A DNA stretch of 64,000 nucleotides from Octopus vulgaris (Eukaryota): assembly GCA_951406725.2 (NCBI GenBank), contig OX597829.1:48298001-48362000 (forward strand), in the 5' to 3' direction. Numbering within the stretch: position 1 is the first letter of the stretch; every line of letters starts with the position of its first letter. The notes below the pieces were generated by a model that did no database searches, was not told where the DNA came from, and worked only from the letters and a program-made list of their open reading frames with translations. Below are positions 39,541 through 52,191 of the stretch, one piece after another. A program made the translations under genes and the position numbers.

Positions 39541-40161
39541 AAGATAAATTTATTATTTATTTGTTAATATGTTTGTAATTTTCTTCAAGTATAAACATAA
39601 ATCTCATTTAATACTAAAAACATTTTCATGTTAAATACCAAATACAAAAATATTTATTTGTCAATTTTCATGACTTCTACAAAAGCTTCTGCTGGACCTG
39701 TTGCACTGCTTGCTTCCCTTAAGTTTATTTGTTGTTCAAACAGAAGTAATCTACATATTGTTGGGTGAATCTGCCTCAGAAGATGAAACACTCTCAGAGA
39801 AACACCCACAGACAGTCTCATCTTCTTGCAGAATTGCTAGTTAAAAATTCATGTTCTGGAATTTTCTTTCGGTACACATAAAGTAAATAAATAAATAAAT
39901 GAGTGGATATTTAGCCAGTGTGTGTGTGTTAGATATTAAGACAATATGACTCTCCTCAGATACAACAAAATTTGTTTCAACACACAAATTCACATAAAAA
40001 ATCTTGCAAACCAGATACAAAAACTAGGTTTATAAATTGTTGTTTAATAATTTAGATGTTATAAACTGAAATGTATGAGCATTTATTGAATTCTGTCTTG
40101 TTCAGTCATAAAAGGGTTTGTGTACCAACAAACTGCAACCATTTTCTTTATAAACACATTT

Positions 40162-40558
40162 AGGCGCAGGAGTGGCTGTGTGGTAAGTAGCTTGCTAACC
40201 AACCACATGGTTCCAGGTTCAGTCCCACTGCGTGGTATCTTGGGCAAGTATCTTCTGCTATAGCCCCGGGCCGACCAATGCCTTGTGAGTGGATTTGGTA
40301 GACGGAAACTGAAAGAAGCCTGTCGTATATATGTATATGTATATATATGTATGTGTTTGTGTGTCTGTGTTTGTCCCCCTAGCATTGCTTGACAGCCGAT
40401 GCTGGTGTGTTTACGTCCCCGTAACTTAGCGGTTCGGCAAAAAAGACCGATAGAATAAGTACTGGGCTTACAAAGAATAAGTCCCGGGGTCGAGTTGCTC
40501 GACTAAAGGCGGTGCTCCAGCATGGCAGCAGTCAAATGACTGAAACAAGTAAAAGAGT
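40162..40558 (+). mobile_element. SINE family A full-length copy
   Basis: GGCGCAGGAGTGGCTGTGTGG head through to the AAACAAGTAAAAGAG tail. Confidence 0.92.
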
Positions 40559-40983
40559 ATACATGAATAAAAAAAAAATATTTTTTTACTCGCGTCTGCA
40601 TTTGAGTCAGTGTTTTTATGATGCATGGTAGAAATATGGTTCCCAGTGACCTTATTTCTGAATATTGCTATAAAGCAATTATCAGAGACTGATTAGATTA
40701 TGGGTAATGATCAGGGAGAGAAACTTAATATCTTAATAAAAGCAACAATCCGGGCTTTGTAAGCTTCCTGCTTTGCTCAGATGACATCTTTTAACTTCTT
40801 GTGATAAGAAACTCTCAAGGGAGAGATGAACAACAGAAGGTCTTCAGAGAAGAACCACCCACCCACCAATCCTCAGGCAACTGTTTCAGACCTCAGTTTT
40901 TTACACTCTAATGGGGCTGGGCTGCAGCCAGTTCATGATTCCTGGGTGTCCTTCTGTTGATGCTTTTTGGTCCCCTGGATATT

Positions 40984-41223
40984 TTATATTTCTTTACTGC
41001 CCACAAGGGGCTAAACATAGAGGGGACAAACAAGGACAGACAAAGGGATTAAGTCGATTACATCGACCCCAGTGCAAAACTGGTGCTTTATTTATCGACC
41101 CCGAAAGGATGAAAGGCAAAGTCGACCTCGGCGGAATTTGAACTCACAACGTAACGACAGACGAAATACCGCTAAGCATTTCACCCAACACGCTAACGTT
41201 TCTGCCAGCTCGCCGCCTCTTTA
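40984..41223 (-). mobile_element. SINE family B with a 13-bp TSD
   Basis: TSD TCCCCTGGATATT at 40971-40983 and 41224-41236. Confidence 0.92.
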
Positions 41224-42399
41224 TCCCCTGGATATTGGACCCTTGTGCATTGAAACTGGTTTCATCTGGGTGTAATTTCTCTCCAACGACTCAGCCTTCA
41301 AACTTATACTTAACCAGCTTAAAAGCTACACTTTGTGTGGACTTTTAACGTAGCTCCTGCTGAGAGCTAATTGGGCTGCAGCCCCAAACCAAAGAGAGCG
41401 ATAATAATAAAGCATTTATTGGTACCCTACTAATATGGTGAGCTGGCAGAAACGTTAGCACGCTGGGTGAAATGTGTAGCCGTATTTCGTCTGCCGTTAT
41501 GTTCTGAGTTCAAATTCCGCCCGAGATTGACTTTGTCTTTCATCCTTTCGAGGGTCGATAAATGAAGTACCAGTTACACACTGGGGTCGATGTAATCGAC
41601 TTAATCCGTCTGTCTGTCCTTGTTTGTCTCCTCTGTGTTTAGCCCCTTGTGGGTAATAAAGAAATAGGTATTACTTTAAATTTAGTTTAAATGAAAAACT
41701 TGTAACTTCACAAATCTTCGGAGTTCTTTTAAAATTTGAATAGAAGAGATGTGTGTGTGTATGTGTGTGTGTGTGTATGTGTGTGTATGTGTGTGTGTGT
41801 GTATGTGTGTGTATGTGTGTGTGTGTGTGTGTATTGTGACTTTGTGTTTGAATTTGTCTCCCAACACTGCTTGATAACTGGAGTTGCTGTGTTTACATTC
41901 ATATAACTTATCAGGTCGGTAAAAGAAGCCAATAAAAAATGTACCAGGCACAAAAAAGAAAGAACTGGTGTTGACCTGTTCAGTTAAAATTCTTCAAGAT
42001 GGTGCACTAGTGTGGCTGCAGTCTAGTGATTAAAAGTGATAAAAGAACCACTAAATTCCTTGGTAAAACTTAAAGCTAAAGGAGTTAAGTTTTGTGCCTC
42101 TCATGGTCGCTTTATTTGCTAGAAATAGCAACCCAAATGCTTTTAAATCAGATCCCCATGCTGGATGTTCAAGAACCAAATGAAGGGCAGATTTTCAATC
42201 CCGGAATCATCCTGATTCCAAAAAGATATAATATGTCTATGTAGAGCAGATGTAGATTGAGATACAGGGATCCCGGACAGACAGACATAAAATTTTGCTT
42301 TTATTAATAGAGAAGAAGAAATCACATTGCTTGTCAAGGTAACCGTGAAACATCAATGCTTTCACAATCACTCATTAAGAGTTACTTCCTCTAGTGGTT

Positions 42400-43290
42400 C
42401 TTTGGAAGGGTCTCTGGAGCAATGTTACTCAACAGAATCGCGTTGGTTGGAGATTAGGGTATTTGTCCAGGTGGAGCCACTACTTTGCACTGAGAATTGA
42501 CAGCTCTAGTTCGACAGACAATGTGATTAGAATGTCACAAGACTCACTTACAAGGTAGATTCTTCAAGCTCAGCCATGTGGCTGGAAACCTAGGGCTAAA
42601 CCAAGAATGAAATGGTTGGATGATATCCATAGTCTTAGTAGATCATTCTTGGGAATCCAAGCAGGAACTGTAATGATGGTTGCTTCTGATAGGACCCTAT
42701 GGAGAGGAGGAGGAGGTGCCTGAAGATTCTGTCCCTATGTCTGGCAAGAGACCTAGGGGTAGACCAAGGACGAGATCTTAGTAGGTCATGCTTGGGAATC
42801 CAGTGGGAAAATGTCATGAGAGTTGCTTCTGATAGGACCCTATGGGGGAGGAGATGCCTGAGGACTTCACCATACACCTGGCAAGAGACCTAGGGGTAGA
42901 CCAAGGACGAGATCTTAGTAGGTCATGCTTGGGAATCCAGTGGGAAAATGTCATGAGAGTTGCTTCTGATAGGACCCTATGGGGGAGGAGATGCCTGAGG
43001 ACTTCACCATACACCTGGCAAGAGACCTAGGGGTAGAGTAAGAATAGAATGGTTGGATAATATCCATAGTTTCAGATAGTTAAGCTTGGGAATCCAAGCG
43101 GAAACTGCATTGCCGGCTACTTAGAACCCTAAGGAGGGGGTGCCTCGGGACTACATCATACACCTGGCAAGAGACCTGGGAGTAGATCAAGAATGGAATG
43201 GCTGGATAATATCCATAAGCTCAGTTGATCACGCTTGGGAATCCAGTTGGAAAGTTTAATGACTGTAGCTATTGTAGAGGTGACTGAGAA
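42400..43290 (+). repeat. RTE-like LINE 3' end with about five tandem 137-160-bp copies of its terminal coding segment
   Basis: GGCAAGAGACCT(A/G)GG recurs at 42743, 42880, 43017 and 43166, with a related unit near 42585. Units encode remnants of the RPRGRPR.RWLD motif. Confidence 0.75.
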
Positions 43291-44334
43291 CTCTATTTCC
43301 ATGACCCTACTAGAAAAAAATGGGCAGAGAAAATGGGTGGAGGGATAAAAGCCACAGAGAAATAAAAATAAAAAGGAAAACAAAAAGTCACTAAAACCTT
43401 CCTTGGTTTTTCTGGGAAGTGGGGATGTTGGTAGAAAATGAGAGTGGGTGTTTAACTGGATTTTTTTTTAGGTTAAAAAAAATGCAGTTATAATTAAATG
43501 TCATTTACTTGATGACTAGCTCAACACTAACGAGTTGAGTGAGACCGCTAGAAAGTTTCGTCGAATCCAAAATGTCAAGTATGTTTTGTACCGTAAGTGT
43601 ATCAGTAAAGTGTTTAATTAACTACCAATTAAAACCAACAACATTGACTACTTCATCAGGCAAGTCAAGGAGAGAAAAAAAAAAAAGAGAAAAGAAGAAA
43701 AACATCTACGTCAAGCACAGACAATCTTTTTCTTTTTTCCAGTAGCAGACCTTATGAGATATATATTCACCATAAATTGTACCATACCATTAAAACAATA
43801 ATTTAAGAAAGTCGTTAGTAGTATAATAGAATTCACAGTATATGAATGATTACTCTAAACAAATAATTCTATCCAAGAATTTATCAATAGAAAATGAGTG
43901 AATGAAAGTAAATGTGGGTGAGAAATGGGCAGAGAAAGGAAGTAAATTGCTCAAATTAACAAGAGATGAAGTCTAAATATTAGGTTACAAAAAGTTAAGT
44001 AAAAAGTCTTTATGGTTAATTATAATCACAATATTACTCATGAGACACAAAATGTATGTGTGTGCGTGTGTGTGTGTACGTGTGTGCATGTTTGCATGTG
44101 TGAGTGAGTGTATAAGTGGCTAGTTTGCACTGACATCAAGTTGTATAAGCTGTAGTAATGAAGTCACACCAAACAGTGATATTTTGAACTCTTCTAATAC
44201 ATATGTTTCAGGTCAGGTTTGCATAATATATAATAAGAAATGGATCCCATTATGTAAGACCTTCCTCACTTAAAACATTTCAAAATGTTTTTGAAATGTT
44301 TTATATATATACGCATAATATATATACATATATA

Positions 44335-44642
44335 TCACTGTGATTGTTGTGATCGACCAGGTTATCAGATGTTGTTACACATCGCTGGTCACAATGCACT
44401 TCACATTGTTTTAGCCTTCAAATGATGCCGCCCCGCTGGCTAAGTGAGCAGGCCAACAGATGAAAGAGTGAGAGAAAGTTGTGGCGAAAGAGTACAGCAG
44501 GGATTGCCACCACCCCCTGCTGGAGCCTCGTGGAGTTGTAGATGTTTTCGCTCAATAAACACTCACAACGTCCGGTCTGAGAATCAAAACCATGATCCTA
44601 CGACCGCGAGTCCGCTGCCCTAATCACTGGGCTATTGCACCT

Positions 44643-44647
<5 letters not shown>
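44335..44647 (-). mobile_element. SINE family C copy (different 3' tail from the 21225 copy)
   Basis: Same head and body as 21225-21500, but the tail (GGCTAAAACAATG..GACCAGCGATGTGTAACAACATCTGATA) is shared with about 370-625 and 30310-30595. Confidence 0.82.
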
Positions 44648-44679
<32 letters not shown>

Positions 44680-44682
<3 letters not shown>

Positions 44683-45100
44683 TGAATATTATTAAGTAAG
44701 AAAATGGAGAGTTTAAATGTATATAAATTAATTTATTAACATATTGTTAATTAAGCCTACTATTGTTTCAATTTACACTTAATACAAATTACAAACCTAT
44801 AGAATAAAACAGGTTTGCATTTTGAAGATTTTGAGTAAAATATCATCAGGGCCAATGGACATTAAAGAAACTGAGTCTGTTGGAGAATCTCAATGGATCA
44901 ACATGCAGTTTCTTTAAAGTCCATTGGCCCTGATGATATTTTATTCAAAATATTCAAAATGCAAACCTACTTTATTCTATAGGTTTGTAAATTGTATTGA
45001 GTGTAAATTGAAACAATTGTAGGCTTAATCAACAATATGTTAATAAATTAATTTATATCCATTTAAATGCTCCATTTTCTTACTTAATAATATTCGATAT
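44680..45100. repeat. Long imperfect palindrome (arms about 200 bp)
   Basis: GAATATTATTAAGTAAGAAAATGGAG..ATCATCAGGGCCAATGGAC..GAAACTG is mirrored by CAGTTTC..GTCCATTGGCCCTGATGAT..CTCCATTTTCTTACTTAATAATATTC, with a short loop near 44885. Confidence 0.92.
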
Positions 45101-45756
45101 TTATTATACTAATTTATATTGAAGAGATTAATATATCCTTCATAGTGGCTATAAATATATATATATAATCATTTGGCCAAGGTATCATGCAGTGGGACTG
45201 AAACCAGAACCATGTGGTTGGAAAGCAAACTCCTTACTACACAGCCATGCCTGCACCTAGATAAGAAGTTTGCTTCCCAACCACATGGTTCTGGGTTCAG
45301 TCCCACAGCATGGCACTTTGGGCAAATGTCTTCCACTGTAGTCTCAGGCCGACTAAAGCCTTGTGAGTGAATTTGGTAGACATAAATATATAGCATCGCC
45401 TGACTGGCTCTTGTACTGGTGGCATGTAAAAAGCACCATTTGAGCATGGCCATTGCCACTACTGCCTGACTGGCCCTCATGCCAGTGGCATGTAAAAGCA
45501 CCAACTATACTCTAGGAGTGGTTGGCATTAGGAAGGGCATCTAGCTGTAGAAACTTTGCCAGATCAGATTGGAGCTTGGTGCAGACTTCTGGCTTGCCAG
45601 CCTTCAGTCAAACCGTCCAATCCATGCCAGCATGAAAATCGGACGTTAAACAATGATGATGATATATATAGAGCTAGAACTTGATTATGCTTGCTCTATG
45701 CAGTTGATTGACCTTTGGAAAAAATAGGCTATCTTATTGAATAGGAAAGATAGAAA

Positions 45757-45788
<32 letters not shown>

Positions 45789-46379
45789 GAGAGACATGAA
45801 GAGATAGATAAAAAGAGAGAGAGAGAGAGAGAGAGATAGGAGATATATTGGAACAAGTTCTAGATAAGTTATGAGTAGATGTTCATGGCTGGACTGTTTT
45901 GTTCAAAAGACTATGTTATTACGACTGTCATTATGAAATTATTTCTAGATTTCAGCAGAGTGTATTGAATTAAAGCAGTGCTTCTTAACCTAGGTGTTAA
46001 CTACCCCTTTGGGAAGTGGGTAGCATGATGAGTTCTCAGAAGGGATGCCAAAACATTTTAAGCAGGTATTATGGAAGGAGCTGAATGTTAAGAGAAGTCA
46101 GTTTTTCTTTGAAATAAGATTAAAGGTTTCAAATTTCAGTGAGAGGCCAGTAATTTTAGGAGAGTGGTAAGTCATTTTAATCAACTCCAGTGATCAGTTG
46201 GTACTTAATAATAATAATAATAATAATAATAATTGTGTACAGTGCTCAGGTGCACTACAACTCATCTAAAGTGTATATATAATCAGGTGTAGTTTCGACG
46301 GATTTCGGGAAGCATTTTATCAACCTCCAAAAGGATGAAAGGGGAAGTTGACCTCATAACAGGTTATTGGCTGAAGAGC

Positions 46380-49160
46380 TTCACCTTTTATTGGTGAGAC
46401 CTTATACAATTATATGGAGAAAATATCAAGGGTGCACAAGAACTACCCCAATGATTATCAGCTGCAATTACACTCTTCATTCCCCACAAAATAGCCAAAC
46501 CAATCTTGCTTAAAATTATCGTCCAGGAGTCTGCTAGAACTTCATGTAGAAATTATACACTGGGTGCCTCAATCTGTTCTTGCAGGATCATTGTGCCACC
46601 AACAATGTTATAACACCTGAGCCAGCTGGAGGAAAGAAGGTGGGGGCTGTTAAATATAGCTACTAATTAACAGAATGATCCAGGAATAAACAAGGAAAAA
46701 TCACAGGAACTTAACCATAATGTGGCTGGACTACCAGGAGGTTTTTGATAGAATACCACATGGGTGGATTATCAAGACTTTACAGTTAGCCAAAGTTCCA
46801 CAACCATTGGTGAGTGCTATTGAATGCCTGACCAAGATTTTGTACACCACTTTATTCCTTGTCATTTTAGGAGTGACAAGGAGCAAATTGAGTCTGATAG
46901 CATTTACAATAAAAAAAAAGGCATCTTTCCAGGTGGTAGCTTGTTGGTGTTACTCTTTGACCTCTCATTAAACCCACTGGTATACCCGCTTCCAAAACAG
47001 TGATCAGAGAAATGGATCCAGAAGTATCTCCTATCTTTTCTTTGCTGATAATCTGAAACTGTATGGGACAAATATCAAACGCATTAAAAAAAAAAACCCA
47101 AAAAACCATTGGACCTTATAAGCCAATTTTCTACAGACATTGGAATGAAATTTTGTGAGCCCAAATGTACATTTTTAACAATAAAATGCAGAAAAGTTGT
47201 GCTTTCCTCTGAAAACCTAAGAATGGCTGGCTTGACAATACAACCTCTACAGTCAGATGACAATTATAGGTATCTTGGACAAGGTGAGAATGTCAGATAT
47301 GACAGGTCCCTCAGTAAGGAGGGGACCAGAAATGAACACCTCAAGAGAGTAAAGAGAATATGGTCATCAAAATTCTCAGCTTACAACAAACATATTATCT
47401 ACAACATCTTTGCAGTGCTTGTCTGCATGCCTATGTTTGACCATCTGAACTGGTCGCTAGAAGGACTCAATGAGATGGAATTTTGAAATTGCAAGCCACT
47501 CGGTGTTACAGGAAACTTCACATCACTGGAGATGAGACCTAGACAGACTATAAAAGTGGTCTCAAATCTGTATTACTCTTTTACTCTTTACTCTTTTACT
47601 TGTTTCAATCATTTGACTGCGGCCATGCTGGAGCACCACCTTTAATCGAGCAACTCGACCCTGGGACTTATTATTTTGTAAGCCCAGTACTTATTCTATC
47701 GGTCTCTTTTTGCCGAACCGCTAAGTAACGGGGACATAAACACACCAGCATCGGTTGTCAAGCAATGCTAGGGGGGCAAACACACACACGCATAGATATA
47801 TATATATGATGGGCTTGTTTCAGTTTCCGTCTACCAAATCCACTCACAAGGCTTTGGTGGGCCGAGGCTATAGCAGAAGACACTTGCCCAAGGTGCTACA
47901 CAGTGAGACTGAACCCGGAACCATGTGGTTGGTAAACAAGCTACTTACCACACAGCCACTCCTGCGCCTATTAATGTCATATAAAGCATGGATTGTGACA
48001 CAGTGTTGATGTCATGATGAACAGATCGTGACCTGAAACATCTGCAGCAGAGGAAAGAGACCAGTAGTTATCTTGCACAAGTTTGTGACCATGCAATCAT
48101 CAGCATAATTAAAATAGTTAATGAACATATTGTGAGACATGAAAAAAGAGCTGATACAGATCTCTCAACAAGCAACATCAGTAAAATCTATTTATCAGAA
48201 GAACAAAATAAAAAATTGGAGCAGTTCACCAAGAAGATAGTACATGGGTACTCGGCACATAAACCACAAAGCTCAGAAGGGGTTCTTCATGTTAAATGCT
48301 TGCATGGAGTATTGACAAGTTTAGGACATCCCTCTTCAATGGCTACCTCTATGCAATTCAAGTGTAAGAGATCCCTCACCGAGTATCTGCAGCATAAAAG
48401 ACAGACAACAAATGTAGACTATGTAAGACCAAGACTGAAGACATCAACCACATTATTGCCAAATGCGAGAGAATGTCTTCCAGATATTATCTTCCTATGA
48501 GGTATGATGTGGTGGCCAGAACAGTCTGGAAAAGACTAACAAAAAAAAAAACCTACAAAGTTGACTCTGTTGATACCAATTGGTCAAAAGGAAATTGGTG
48601 CAACTTAAAAGTTAAAAGAGCCACAGAGTGAAAACACAAGTGGCCCTGGCACCTGTGCAGGTGGCACGTAAAAAGCACCCACTACACTCACGGAGTGGTT
48701 GGCGTTAGGAAGGGCATCCAGCTGTAGAAACACTGTGTCAGATCAGACTGGGCCTGGCGCAGCCTACTGGCTTCCCAGACCCCAGTTGAACCGTCCAACC
48801 CATGCTAGCATGGAAAACGGACGTTAAACGATGATGATGATGACAAAAGGAGAAAATATGTACTGTTGTGGAAAACCAGTTGCTCTCTGGACAGGAATGT
48901 GGTTAGAAAAATACAAGAGAAAGAGGACATTTATGGGCCTTTGATAAAGAAGTTTGCAAATCCAGGACCCAAGATACATTTTCATCTTCATACCTATTAT
49001 CATTGGAGTAAACAGGATACATACCGACCAGTCTGGAGCAAAATATGTCTGAACTTGGGTTCTTGGGGAGAGAATACAAACTCTTAATCACACGCTACAA
49101 ATGATTATGATAACTGGGACTATACAAATTTGCAAAACCTTCTTAAGATTTGAAGGATAA
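46380..49160 (+). pseudogene. Degenerate R4/Dong-type LINE ORF (RT plus restriction-like endonuclease) interrupted by a SINE and an RTE tail
   Basis: WLDYQEVFDRIPHGWII, FSTDIGMKF..KC, YRYLG, RVKRIWSSK.SAYNK and SCSLDRNVVRKIQEKEDIYGPL, with many stops and frameshifts. Insertions at about 47574-47969 and 48640-48843. Confidence 0.85.
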
Positions 49161-49375
49161 GGAATACATCAATATCTATCCCCAGACATCAGAAAGATCT
49201 GAAATGCAACAAAAATTTTAATATTTAGGTCAAGTGAAAGAGGAGCAGGGAAAAATGGCACAGTGATATGAAATTAATGAAACTCAACTAAATAAAAAAA
49301 AAAAACTCAACATAGAATATTCTCTATAGCTTCTTTCCGATCTGCTGAAGTGCCCACTTTATGATATATCTATTC

Positions 49376-49621
49376 TTATTTCTTTACCGCCCACAAGGGG
49401 TTACACACAGAGGGGACAAACAAGGACAGACAAACGAATTAAGTCGATTATATCGACCCCAGTGTGTAACTGGTACTTATTTAATCGACCCCGAAATGAT
49501 GAAAGGCAAAGTCAACTTTGGCGGAATTTGAACTCAGAATGCAGCGGCAGATGAAATACCGCTAAACATTTTGCCCGGTGGGCTAACGATTCTGCCAGCT
49601 TGCCGCCTTAATTCCTTATTC
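49376..49621 (-). mobile_element. SINE family B with a 15-bp TSD
   Basis: TSD ATGATATATCTATTC at 49361-49375 and 49622-49636. Confidence 0.92.
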
Positions 49622-51048
49622 ATGATATATCTATTCACCATGCAGCTAAAAAGAAGAAATTATTGAAATTAGGCATTACTCATTTTACCCCATTTTCGAC
49701 ATCATCTTGTGAAAAGGGAAAATTATCAAACTAGACATTGGTGTGGGGTAAAAAAATTGACTTGGAATCCAATAGAGATAAAAAAAAAAAAAATTGAGTG
49801 TTAAACATTAAAAATTATCCAAGTATTTTATTAGCAACCTCAAGTACAATTAGGTGAAAGTTGAGGAGATATATTCTAAAAAAAAGAGAACCTGCCACCT
49901 AACGATGTTTTGGATGCTCTCACCTTCAACAACATCAACTATGTTACTCTTTACTCTTTTACTTGTTTCAATCATTTGACTGCAGCCATGCTGGAGCACA
50001 GCCTTTAGTCGAGCAAATCGATGTAATCAAGAAGAGGAAGAAAAAGAAAAAAAGAAGCGAATAAACGGTGATCCCCACCCAATAAATAATAACCCTGCAT
50101 GTCCTGTAAATCAACCCCAGGACTTATTCTTTGTAAGCCTAGTACTTATTCTATCGGTCTCTTTTTTTGCTGAACCACTAAGTTATAGGGACGTAAACAC
50201 ACCAGCACCGGTTGTCAAGCGATGTTGTGGGGACCAACACAGACACACAAGCATATACACACACACACACACACACACATATATACGACAGGCTTCTTTC
50301 AGTTTCCGTCTACCAAATCCACTCACAAGGCTTTTGTTGGCCCGAGGCTATTGTAGAAGACACTTGCCCAAGGTATTTTTAACCCTAAAGATGATGCAAA
50401 AGTACAAAATAAGGACGTAATACTCACAATGTAATGATTTCAAACAGGTAAAAGAAAATGACAAAAAAAGAAAAAAAAAAAAAAAAAAAAAAACCCAGAA
50501 ATTACTCATTTTGCCCCGCTTCCCAATTCTGCCCCACTCTCCTATCTTCGAATGAGTTTTTGTATCTGTGTTTTGTTCCCCGCCACCGCTTGACAACCGG
50601 TGTCGGTGTGTTTACGTCCTCGTAACATTAGCGGTTCGACAAAAGATATCGATAGAATAAGTACCAGGCTTTAAAAAAATAAAATAAATACAGGGGTCGA
50701 TTCATTCCACTAAAAATTCTTCAAGGCGGTGCTGCAGCATGGTCGCAGTCTAATGACTGAAACAAGCACAAAAAAAACCAAAAAAAAAAACAAAGATATA
50801 AGACACACGATCACGCAATGTCAATACGACCTGTCGTCACCTTTTTGTTTTTGTTTCTTTCTCGTTGTTTAATATGACAGACATTGTTACTATCCACCCG
50901 GATATCAGTCCAATGAAAAAAAACAAATTAAAGTGGCCGCGGGGTAAGAAGCTTGCTTCTCAACCACAGTGTGGCACCTTGGGTCTTCTACTATAGCCTC
51001 GGGCCGACCAAAGCCTTGTGAGTGGACGGAAACTGAAAGAAGTCCGTC

Positions 51049-51079
<31 letters not shown>

Positions 51080-51779
51080 AATGTATACATTTATGAGTGT
51101 GTGTTTGTGCCCCCACCACCTTCGCTTGACAACCAATGCTGGTGTGTTTACGTCCACGTAACTTAGCAGTTCGGCAAAAGAGATCCGGAAGAATAAGCAC
51201 CAGGCTTACAAAGAATAAGTCCAGAGGTCGATTTGTTCGGCTAAAAGGTAGTGCTCCAGTGTGGTCGCAGTCAAATGACTGAAACAAATAAAAGAATATA
51301 TATATATACATATATATAAACATACATGTTTACACACAAATCTCTCTCTCGCTCTATCTGTCTGTCTGACAGTCTGTCCAGCTGGTTGCGTGCGTGCGTG
51401 TGTGTGTGTGTGTGTTTGTGTGTGTGTGCGTGCGTGCGTGTGTGTGTGTGTACATACATACATGTATGTGTGTACGTGTGTTACTAAATAGATATTCAAC
51501 AAGTGACTGTATATATACACAGATATATGAACACACAATTTATGTGTGTGTGTGCGTATGTATATGTCTGTGTGTATACATGTTTTTCTGTGTATTTAAC
51601 GTAAAACAAAACATAACAAAGAATAATTGAAAAAAAAAAACAGAAAAAAAAACCAAATGAAAAGTATGCAAAATAATAAAAAAAAAAGTGTACAACATAC
51701 CGTAAATGGAAACTATTTTATGGGGTTTTTTTTTTTATCACTAAAATATTTTCTTGTATATGAAACACGAAACAAGACA

Positions 51780-52089
51780 ATTGCTCCTAAAACTCATTTA
51801 CATACACGAACAAACAAACGGGCGCGCAAACATACATACACACACACACTCACTTGACGATTTCCGCCCACTGCTCACTTTTTTGTTCAATACGGCCAAC
51901 ATTCAAACACGAGAAAGTCACAAAGTTTGTTCTCTTACAACCAAAGTTTTAATTAACTTTTTCGATAGCCCTCCTTCCTTCACCATATCAAAGACCCCCA
52001 CACACATATATATATATATATATATGTGTGTGTTTATATTTTTAAAAAAATTAAATATAAAAGCCTTATTATAAATGTGTAATTTGTGA
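51780..52089. promoter_or_regulatory. Putative (bidirectional) promoter region
   Basis: Lies between two divergently oriented donor-ended exons. CpGs are retained (GGCGCGC, TTCCGCCC) and TATAAAAG occurs near 52056. Inferred from position only. Confidence 0.35.
51854..51902 (-). other. Candidate first exon of a divergent transcript (short ORF MLAVLNKKVSSGRKSS.. or a 5' UTR)
   Basis: Unique CpG-containing sequence ending in a consensus minus-strand donor CAA|GTGAGT (plus-strand ACTCAC at 51848-51853). Its ATG at 51902 is 188 bp from the SWAP70-like ATG. No homology recognised. Confidence 0.3.
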
Positions 52090-52191
52090 ATGCAAGAACT
52101 GAAGATGGAAGAACTAGAAAAAGCGATTTGGCATGCATTCATATTTCTAGCAGATAAACAGTCTGGTCTTACACAAAAGTCTAAACTTAAG
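52090..52191 (+). CDS. SWAP70: First coding exon of a SWAP70/DEF6-family protein (N-terminal EF-hand-like region); the gene continues beyond the window
   Basis: ATG at 52090 with an in-frame TGA immediately upstream gives MQELKMEELEKAIWHAFIFLADKQSGLTQKSKLK, then a strong phase-0 donor AAG|GTGAGT. From memory this aligns with the vertebrate SWAP70 N-terminus (..KEELLKAIWHAFTALD..SGKVSKSQLK|VL). SWAP70 versus DEF6 orthology cannot be resolved here, and no matching exon 2 was found in the window. Confidence 0.8.

Noticed and set aside
50422-50495. Minus-strand GTGAGT donor near a polypyrimidine tract
   Set aside because: No AG acceptor lies between the tract and the donor, so no exon can be defined.
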